Shown here in pieces: positions 1 to 5,186 of a DNA stretch of 54,067 nt (position 1 is its first letter; the number at the start of each line of letters is the position of its first letter). The stretch comes from Burkholderiales bacterium. GTDB lineage: Bacteria; Pseudomonadota; Gammaproteobacteria; Burkholderiales; SG8-39. A program made the position numbers and the translations under genes. The DNA is taken from contig DATHHS010000154.1 of the NCBI GenBank assembly GCA_035317085.1, forward strand, positions 1-54,067, in the 5' to 3' direction. Below the pieces are notes generated by a model. It searched no databases, had not been told where the DNA came from, and saw nothing but the letters and a program-made list of their open reading frames with translations.

Positions 1-1844
1 AGCGACGCCAGGCGGGCTTCGATTGCCTCCTTACCCCATGCGAGAGGGTAGGTGGTGTCCAGCTCGAACGAGCGGAACTTGCCGCCCGTGTAGCGCTCGA
101 TGTGCCGGATCTTCTCCATTTCGAAGAAATCGAGCACCGGCTGGGATACCTCCAGGCGGAGCGGCGGATTCATCTCGTCGATACCGAGCAGATTCGGCTT
201 CGGTCCGATGAAGGACACGAGCGACGTGACCAGTTCCTCGCGGATCGGGTCGATCGGCGGATTGGTCACCTGCGCGAAGAGCTGCTTGAAGTAGTGGTAG
301 AGCGTCTTGTCCTTGTTCGACAGCACCGCGAGCGGCGAGTCGTTGCCCATCGACCCGACGGGCTCCTCGCCGTTCGTTGCCATCGGCGTCATGATGAATT
401 TGATGTCTTCCTGCGTGTAGGCAAACGCCTGCTGCCGGTCGAGCATGCGGACCGCACTTTTCAGCGGAGGCGTCTTTTCGGTCTCGACCTCGTCGAGCTT
501 CACGCGGATGCGCTCGATCCACTCGGCGTAGGGTCTGGTGGCAGCGAGTGTGTCCTTCAGTTCCTTGTCGTCGATGATGCGGCCCTTTTCGAGGTCCACG
601 AGGAACATCTTTCCGGGCTGCAGCCGCCATTTCTTGACGATTTTCTCCTCGGGTACCGGCAGGCAGCCGCATTCAGAGCCCATGATCACGAGGTCATCGT
701 CGGTCACGATGTAGCGCGAGGGCCGCAGACCGTTGCGGTCAAGCGTCGCGCCGATCTGGCGTCCGTCGGTAAAGGCGATCGAGGCGGGGCCGTCCCAGGG
801 CTCCATCATGGCGGCGTGGTACTCGTAGAACGCGCGCCGGGCGGGATCCATCAAGGTGTGGTTCTCCCAGGCCTCAGGGATCATCAACATCATCGCGTGC
901 GCGATCGAATATCCTCCCATGACCAGCAGTTCGAGCGCGTTGTCGAACGATGCGGAATCGGATTGTCCGTCATAGATCAGCGGCCATATCTTTTCGAGAT
1001 CGCGTCCGAGGACTGGACTCGAAATCGCGCCCTGGCGCGCGCGAATCCAGTTGACGTTGCCGCGCAGCGTATTGATTTCGCCGTTGTGGCAGATCAGGCG
1101 GAACGGATGCGCGAGATCCCACGATGGAAACGTATTTGTGGAAAAACGCTGGTGGACGAGCGCGAGCGCCGACTCGACGCGTGCATCCTGCAGATCCTTG
1201 TAGTATTCCCCGACCTGGTGCGCGAGCAGCATGCCCTTGTAGCACGCGGTGCGCGCCGACATCGAGGGAACGTAGAACTCCTTGCCGTGCGCGAGCTTCA
1301 ACGCCTGGATCGCATGGCCCGCGCTCTTTCTGATGATGTAGAGCTTGCGCTCCAGGGCATCGGTAACCGTCACTCCTTTGCCGCGCCCGATGAACACCTG
1401 ACGGATCACCGGCTCGACCCGCTTGGCAGGCTCGGCAAGGTCGCTATTGTCGACGGGAACGTCCCGCCAGCCGAGTAGAACCTGGCCCTCGTCCTTGATC
1501 GCGCGCTCGATCTCGTACTCGCAGGCAAAGCGCGAGGCGGGATCTCGCGGCAGGAACACCATGCCGACGCCGTACTGGCCTGTTGGAGGGAGTTTCACGC
1601 CCTGCTTGGCCATCACTTCGCGGAGAAACTTGTCGGGAATCTGGATGAGCAGGCCCGCGCCATCGGAGAGCTTTGGATCCCAACCCACGGCACCCCGGTG
1701 GGTGAGATTCCGCAGTACGGTCAAGCCCTGCTCGACGATCGAATGCGATTTCTTGCCCTTGATATGGGCGACGAACCCCACACCGCAGGCGTCATGTTCG
1801 TTTGCGGGGTGGTACAGGCCCTGGGGTTCTGGACGATGAGTCAC
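1..1844 (-). CDS. gltB: Glutamate synthase large subunit, N-terminal part (partial, continues past the left edge)
   Basis: It is absent from the ORF track because it runs off the window. My reverse-strand translation from GTG at 1844 reads MTHRPEPQGLYHPANEHDACGVGFVAHIKGKKSHSIVEQGLTVLRNLTHRGAVG. This is a class-II glutamine amidotransferase N-terminus with the catalytic Cys in DACGVGF. ALVHQRFSTNTFPSW and HNGEINTLRGN follow, and the frame stays open to position 1. Confidence 0.9.
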   Translation of the reverse strand, partial: MTHRPEPQGLYHPANEHDACGVGFVAHIKGKKSHSIVEQGLTVLRNLTHRGAVGWDPKLSDGAGLLIQIPDKFLREVMAKQGVKLPPTGQYGVGMVFLPRDPASRFACEYEIERAIKDEGQVLLGWRDVPVDNSDLAEPAKRVEPVIRQVFIGRGKGVTVTDALERKLYIIRKSAGHAIQALKLAHGKEFYVPSMSARTACYKGMLLAHQVGEYYKDLQDARVESALALVHQRFSTNTFPSWDLAHPFRLICHNGEINTLRGNVNWIRARQGAISSPVLGRDLEKIWPLIYDGQSDSASFDNALELLVMGGYSIAHAMMLMIPEAWENHTLMDPARRAFYEYHAAMMEPWDGPASIAFTDGRQIGATLDRNGLRPSRYIVTDDDLVIMGSECGCLPVPEEKIVKKWRLQPGKMFLVDLEKGRIIDDKELKDTLAATRPYAEWIERIRVKLDEVETEKTPPLKSAVRMLDRQQAFAYTQEDIKFIMTPMATNGEEPVGSMGNDSPLAVLSNKDKTLYHYFKQLFAQVTNPPIDPIREELVTSLVSFIGPKPNLLGIDEMNPPLRLEVSQPVLDFFEMEKIRHIERYTGGKFRSFELDTTYPLAWGKEAIEARLAS

Positions 1845-1916
1845 TCTGAGCTCGGGCGAATAGGTTGCCGGTGGCAAAATCCCTGTATTTCGCGCTTTTT
1901 CGAGACCGGGTCTTTG

Positions 1917-1945
1917 ACTATACCTGCGTTCCCTTGCTGCTTCAA
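1917..1945 (-). promoter_or_regulatory. Candidate sigma70 promoter of gltB (TTGAAG-17 nt-TATAGT)
   Basis: The reverse strand reads cacTTGAAGcagcaagggaacgcaggTATAGTcaaag. The -35 is at 1945-1940, the -10 at 1922-1917, and the spacer is 17 nt. It sits about 70 nt upstream of the GTG at 1844. Confidence 0.4.
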
Positions 1946-1952
1946 GTGCTTA

Positions 1953-1960
1953 GCCCCACG
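1953..1960. repeat. Target-site duplication copy 1 (GCCCCACG)
   Basis: This 8-mer lies immediately outside the left inverted repeat. It is identical to 5107-5114, immediately outside the right inverted repeat, and to 5142-5149. Confidence 0.8.
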
Positions 1961-1978
1961 GGTAGTGTCTCAGTTTGA
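1961..1978 (+). repeat. Left terminal inverted repeat (IRL)
   Basis: GGTAGTGTCTCAGTTTGA. Partial similarity continues inward (tgGTtAC versus aaGTaAC at the other end). Confidence 0.8.
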
Positions 1979-2029
1979 TGGTTACAAGGTTTGTAACCCG
2001 CTGAAAACGCAGTGCAACAAAACCCGCCT

Positions 2030-2233
2030 CTATTCCTTCTTGAGCAGTCCCCGGCCCTCCTTGTATTTCCTTACGAACTCGCTCTCAACAAGCTCTTTGA
2101 TTGCATTGTTGAGTAACGTGCGAAGCACGGCGCTTCCGTTCGTTCCCAGTATCTGCAGCGCAACCAGTTCTTGGATGAATTCGGACTGCTCTCTCGAAAT
2201 CCTATAGCTCCTGGGGACAGTTTTGCCGGCCAT
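2030..2233 (-). CDS. Ribbon-helix-helix (CopG/Arc-like) DNA-binding protein, 67 aa
   Basis: The ORF is in the track. The N-terminal strand RSYRIS is followed by two helices (REQSEFIQELVALQILG, GSAVLRTLLNNAIKEL), which is typical RHH architecture. A 26-bp palindrome lies 19 bp upstream. Confidence 0.55.
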   Translation of the reverse strand: MAGKTVPRSYRISREQSEFIQELVALQILGTNGSAVLRTLLNNAIKELVESEFVRKYKEGRGLLKKE

Positions 2234-2251
2234 AGCGGCATCTTAGCATCG

Positions 2252-2277
2252 GTTTGTATGCCAATTGACATACAAAC
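2252..2277. promoter_or_regulatory. Palindromic operator candidate upstream of the RHH gene
   Basis: GTTTGTATG-ccaattga-CATACAAAC has perfect 9-bp arms. It lies 19-44 bp upstream of the RHH ATG (2233). Confidence 0.45.
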
Positions 2278-2376
2278 GGGATGAAACTAGACTGGCCGTG
2301 TGTTCACCGGCGCATAATCCCCAGTCTAGGGAGAGACACCAAAGGATAATCGGTTAGGGACGCGGACTTCTGGTGA

Positions 2377-2449
2377 CACCACCGGAGGGAGTCGAACCCC
2401 CGACCTCAAACTTACCGAGTAAGCGCTCTATCCACTGAGCTACGGTGGT
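2377..2449 (-). tRNA. tRNA-like gene with a non-canonical anticodon arm (probable pseudo-tRNA or tRNA mimic)
   Basis: The reverse strand reads ACCACCG TA GCTC AGTGGATA GAGC G CTTAC TCGGTAA GTTTG AGGTC GGGGG TTCGACT CCCTC CGGTGGT G. The acceptor stem is 7/7, the D arm is perfect and the T arm has the TTCGACT loop. The total is 73 nt. The anticodon stem pairs at only 3/5 positions and position 33 is C. Confidence 0.5.
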
Positions 2450-2464
2450 AGGTGCTGCAACAAC

Positions 2465-2493
2465 AGGGACCCGCGAAAGCGGGTCTCTTTTTT
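2465..2493 (+). terminator. Strong intrinsic terminator on the + strand with no + strand gene upstream
   Basis: aGGGACCCGC-GAAA-GCGGGTCTCt has a 10-bp stem with one G-U and a GAAA tetraloop, and it runs into TCTTTTTT. Confidence 0.6.
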
Positions 2494-2636
2494 CCACTCG
2501 CCAATCAGCACCAAATCAGCGAGCTTCCCTATGGACCACAATGTATAGGGCCTTGAGTCGCGTGTGCAACTAATACTAGTGTAGTGTCAAGATGCAAGCG
2601 TAGTTTTCTCAAGCGCCTTCGGAACTCTGCCCCGGA

Positions 2637-3467
2637 TCAACTTGCGAGCGCTGCGATTTCCTCCAATGTCCATACGTGATCCGAGATTCCAGCTTGCATT
2701 GCTGGAGTGACGCGCAGCGTTTTGTGAATCCTTGCGAAGTTATAAAACATGTAGTGCAGCGCGACTGCGCAACAATGGTTCTCGACTTTGCGGCTAAATC
2801 CATTCGTCAGCCGCGTGAATCGACGCATGTGCATCCGCATGGTTAGATTCTGCCGCTCAACGAAACTCGTGCTGATGTGCTTTTCATCGGGATTTCCGCA
2901 TACCGCATTTTTGCGCGCTCCACAGCACTCGCCGGGGCTGTAGCGGCGGCTCTCGATATTGGTAGCGGGGTTGCTGTAAAGCTTCACGAGCATAGCGTAG
3001 TCAATATTGCGCCCGAACGAGCCTTCAACAGCAGTTAGATATGGCGTATGACCATCGCTCGTAAGCTGAACGCGATTCGCCATCCGCGAAGCTAGATCGT
3101 CAATAAAGAGCTTCGCGTATTCGAGCCAACGTTGCCCGATGAGCCAGGACGGCACTAGTTTGGTATCAGCGTCAATTGCCACCCAGGTGTAGACATCGCC
3201 ATAGCCAAGCTCGCCCCGGCGCATCGGGGGAACGTTCTTTTCTTTCATTCCGCAGAACGACCAAATTTCATCCACCTGAACGCGCTTGCACGGCAGATTC
3301 CGCAGTGTTTCGTTCTGGTACAGATCACAGGCCGTCCCTACGTCCACCAGCAGCTTGGTGACGGTATTGATGCTCACGTCGCACAGGCGAGTAGTGGCGC
3401 GCATGCTCATGCCTTCGGTCAGGCATCCGATGATCCGGGCGCGGTCTTGGAGGCCTAGGCGGTTCAT
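2637..3467 (-). CDS. IS1-family DDE transposase (single ORF, N-terminal HTH)
   Basis: The motifs align to IS1 InsAB: VDEIWSF (IS1 MDEQWGY), LTSDGHTPY (IS1 MTDGWPLY), and VERQNLTMRMHMRRFTRLTNGFSRKVENH (IS1 [29 protein letters not shown]). I place the start at ATG 3467 (MNRLGLQDRARIIG). The track start at 3506 is a GTG that contains a promoter. Confidence 0.85.
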   Translation of the reverse strand: MNRLGLQDRARIIGCLTEGMSMRATTRLCDVSINTVTKLLVDVGTACDLYQNETLRNLPCKRVQVDEIWSFCGMKEKNVPPMRRGELGYGDVYTWVAIDADTKLVPSWLIGQRWLEYAKLFIDDLASRMANRVQLTSDGHTPYLTAVEGSFGRNIDYAMLVKLYSNPATNIESRRYSPGECCGARKNAVCGNPDEKHISTSFVERQNLTMRMHMRRFTRLTNGFSRKVENHCCAVALHYMFYNFARIHKTLRVTPAMQAGISDHVWTLEEIAALAS

Positions 3468-3474
3468 AATGAAC

Positions 3475-3503
3475 ATTATGCTTAACAAATGCCGCCGTGT
3501 CAA
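3475..3503 (-). promoter_or_regulatory. Near-consensus promoter for the transposase (TTGACA-17 nt-CATAAT)
   Basis: The reverse strand reads gtgTTGACAcggcggcatttgttaagCATAATgttcattATG. The -10 ends 7 nt before ATG 3467, which implies a leaderless or near-leaderless mRNA. Confidence 0.45.
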
Positions 3504-3523
3504 CACGGTTACTATTATATATG

Positions 3524-3552
3524 TTGCAAACAGCCATCTAGTTAGTTAACAT
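3524..3552 (+). promoter_or_regulatory. Candidate promoter for the AAA+ ATPase gene (TTGCAA-17 nt-TAACAT)
   Basis: It lies in the AT-rich divergent region, 33 nt upstream of ATG 3585. AGTTAA motifs repeat at 3545-3550 and 3560-3565. Confidence 0.35.
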
Positions 3553-3584
3553 GTGCATCAGTTAATTAAATTGCTAGCGGTGAC

Positions 3585-4829
3585 ATGACGGCGAAGCAAA
3601 CGCTCAGTGATGCGGATTGGCAGTCAAAGACCTATGAAATCATAGAGTTATTCAGCCCAGGCGCGCCTATCGACGAAAACGACCTTTTCGCGGGTAGGCA
3701 ACACGAAATCAGCCAGATCATCGAGGCCGCCCTTCAAAGGGGCCAGCACGCAATCGTCTATGGTGAGCGTGGCGTCGGGAAAACCTCGCTCGCGAAAACC
3801 TTCTCGCTTCGGCTAATTCGCCCAACAAAGACCCTCTCCAGCGTAATCGTCAATTGCGATCCGCAGGATACGTTTACTAGTCTTTGGCGAAAGGTCTACA
3901 AGGATCTTGGCGAAGAGGGCGGCGGAAATGTTTTAGATGGCACAACCATCAACGATATTTCCCCTGATGATGTGCGCAGGGTGCTAACGCGGTTCGACCT
4001 GACGACTACCCCTATCATCATCCTGGACGAGTTCGACAAACTTCAAGACCCAAACGCGAAGGCGTTAATCGCGAACACCATAAAATCCTTGTCTGATTAT
4101 TCCGTTGCGGCCACGATTGTTCTGGTAGGCGTCGCCAAATCAGTCAACGACTTGCTCAGGGACCATGCATCCATAGGGCGCGCACTAATCCAAATTCCAA
4201 TGCCCCGCATGAAAGCGGCGGAATTGGCAGAAATCATAGACAAACGCCTGCCTAGAGTAGGGATGACGATCACACCCGCAGCTAAAGCACAAATTGTTGC
4301 TTTATCTGCTGGATTGCCCCACTACACGCATTTGCTCGGACAACATGCTGGCCGTCGCGCAATCGAATCAAGATCGCTGACGATAGATGTGCAGCATGTC
4401 GATGATGCTGAACGCGACTGTTTGGAGCGCGCCCATCATTCGATTAGGGAGCAATACCATCGGGCAACACAAAGCCCGAGAAGCGGGAACATCTACAAAG
4501 AGGTACTACTTGCTTGCGCCCTTGCCGAACCGGATGAATTGGGTTTTTTCCCCGCAAAGGCCATAGAAGTTCCGCTCTCAATAATTATGCAAAAGCAATA
4601 TAAGGTAGCCATGTTTGGCCAGCATCTGAAGATACTGTGCGAAGCGGATCGCGCAAAAATGTTAGAAGTGACGGGGTCCCCACGCAGATTCCGCTATAGA
4701 TTTGAGGAACCCTTAATGCAACCGTATGTGATTTTGCGCGGACTTGCAGATGGGCTAATAACAAAAAACACGCTTAGACAATTGATGCCTAACTATCTCC
4801 AGCCACGACTTTCTGGCGGCGAGGTCTAG
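3585..4829 (+). CDS. Orc1/Cdc6-like AAA+ ATPase, 414 aa (passenger gene)
   Basis: FAGRQHEISQIIEAALQRGQHAIVYGERGVGKTSLA contains the Walker A motif and IIILDEFD is the Walker B motif. A VLVGVA sensor-like strand follows, then a helical lid and a probable C-terminal winged helix. The gene is AT-richer than the host. Confidence 0.75.
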   Translation: MTAKQTLSDADWQSKTYEIIELFSPGAPIDENDLFAGRQHEISQIIEAALQRGQHAIVYGERGVGKTSLAKTFSLRLIRPTKTLSSVIVNCDPQDTFTSLWRKVYKDLGEEGGGNVLDGTTINDISPDDVRRVLTRFDLTTTPIIILDEFDKLQDPNAKALIANTIKSLSDYSVAATIVLVGVAKSVNDLLRDHASIGRALIQIPMPRMKAAELAEIIDKRLPRVGMTITPAAKAQIVALSAGLPHYTHLLGQHAGRRAIESRSLTIDVQHVDDAERDCLERAHHSIREQYHRATQSPRSGNIYKEVLLACALAEPDELGFFPAKAIEVPLSIIMQKQYKVAMFGQHLKILCEADRAKMLEVTGSPRRFRYRFEEPLMQPYVILRGLADGLITKNTLRQLMPNYLQPRLSGGEV

Positions 4830-5040
4830 CGCCCCATCTGGCCTTGGCTGCTTTTTGAGCGATTTGGACTCTTCGTTGCGGGGTAAGAGTCTGCGCTCGT
4901 ATGACTCCACCCTTCAACCCTCCGGGCCGCCCTCGTATGGGCTCTTTTTGCCGTTCCTCTTCAATGCTGCCCGTGGAAATATCGACAATTAGCTTGGCTA
5001 ACTGATTCGCGTCGCGCGGTCTGCGGGGACGTGTTGCCAT
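4789..5040 (-). CDS. Small basic protein, 83 aa (RPRDANQLAKLIVD ... IAQKAAKARW motif)
   Basis: The ORF is in the track, with ATG at 5040 preceded by a GGGGG SD-like run. From memory, the N-terminal NQLAK.IVD and C-terminal KAAKARW pattern recurs in small hypothetical proteins of mobile regions. It overlaps the ATPase 3' end by 41 nt, convergently. Confidence 0.5.
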   Translation of the reverse strand: MATRPRRPRDANQLAKLIVDISTGSIEEERQKEPIRGRPGGLKGGVIRAQTLTPQRRVQIAQKAAKARWGARPRRQKVVAGDS

Positions 5041-5088
5041 GCCCCCATTTTATCCCGCCTCATCCCGGCCAGTCCCGCAGCGTTACTT

Positions 5089-5106
5089 TCAAACTGAGAC
5101 ACTACC
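5089..5106 (-). repeat. Right terminal inverted repeat (IRR)
   Basis: TCAAACTGAGACACTACC is the exact reverse complement of 1961-1978. Confidence 0.8.
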
Positions 5107-5114
5107 GCCCCACG
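5107..5114. repeat. Target-site duplication copy 2 (GCCCCACG)
   Basis: It is immediately outside IRR and identical to 1953-1960. Confidence 0.8.
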
Positions 5115-5141
5115 GGTAGTGTCTCAAACTGAGACACTACC
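5115..5141. mobile_element. 27-bp IR-IR mini-element (remnant of a second element copy)
   Basis: GGTAGTGTCTCAAACTGAGACACTACC consists of an 11-nt IRL tip joined to a 16-nt IRR tip. It is followed by a third GCCCCACG. Confidence 0.6.
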
Positions 5142-5149
5142 GCCCCACG
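5142..5149. repeat. Target-site duplication copy 3 (GCCCCACG)
   Basis: It is identical to 1953-1960 and 5107-5114. Confidence 0.7.
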
Positions 5150-5186
5150 CTGCGAAGCAACATTCCCCGGCACCGCTAGTGCTTAC

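Larger units (their letters stand above)
1961..5106 (-). mobile_element. IS1-family transposable element with passenger genes (3146 bp)
   Basis: It has perfect 18-bp terminal inverted repeats (1961-1978 GGTAGTGTCTCAGTTTGA, reverse complement of 5089-5106). The tips fit the GGnnnTG pattern I recall for IS1-family ends. An 8-bp direct duplication GCCCCACG flanks it. An internal transposase carries IS1-type DDE motifs. GC is lower than in the flanks. Confidence 0.8.

Noticed and set aside
102-1478. A 458-aa + strand ORF across the left end of the window.
   Set aside because: It is antisense to a clearly readable gltB frame. Its composition is Arg/His/Asp/Leu-rich and typical of high-GC shadow ORFs, and it has no recognisable motifs.
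2071-2271. An alternative 66-aa ORF overlapping the RHH gene in another frame.
   Set aside because: It has no recognisable fold pattern and would run through the palindromic operator. The RHH frame gives a coherent strand-helix-helix sequence.
2580-2594. An internal IR-like stretch TGTAGTGTCAAGATG resembling IRL (GGTAGTGTCTCAGTTTGATG), considered as the end of a smaller nested IS around the transposase.
   Set aside because: I could find no matching inverted partner in 3507-3584 on the other side of the transposase gene. The identity is limited to 8 contiguous bases and may be a relic or chance.
5091-5149. A direct repeat of a 24-mer with 35-bp period, considered as a CRISPR-like or REP array.
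   Set aside because: There are only two units, no cas genes, and the spacer is the reverse complement of part of the repeat. The pattern is fully explained by element tips plus target duplications.
1953-5149. An integrase-mediated genomic island with att direct repeats (19-bp CCCCACGGGTAGTGTCTCA at 1954-1972 and 5108-5126) targeting a tRNA.
   Set aside because: There is no integrase gene, and the tRNA-like gene is internal rather than at a boundary. The 19-bp direct repeat decomposes exactly into an 8-bp duplication plus an inverted-repeat tip, which favours the transposon model.
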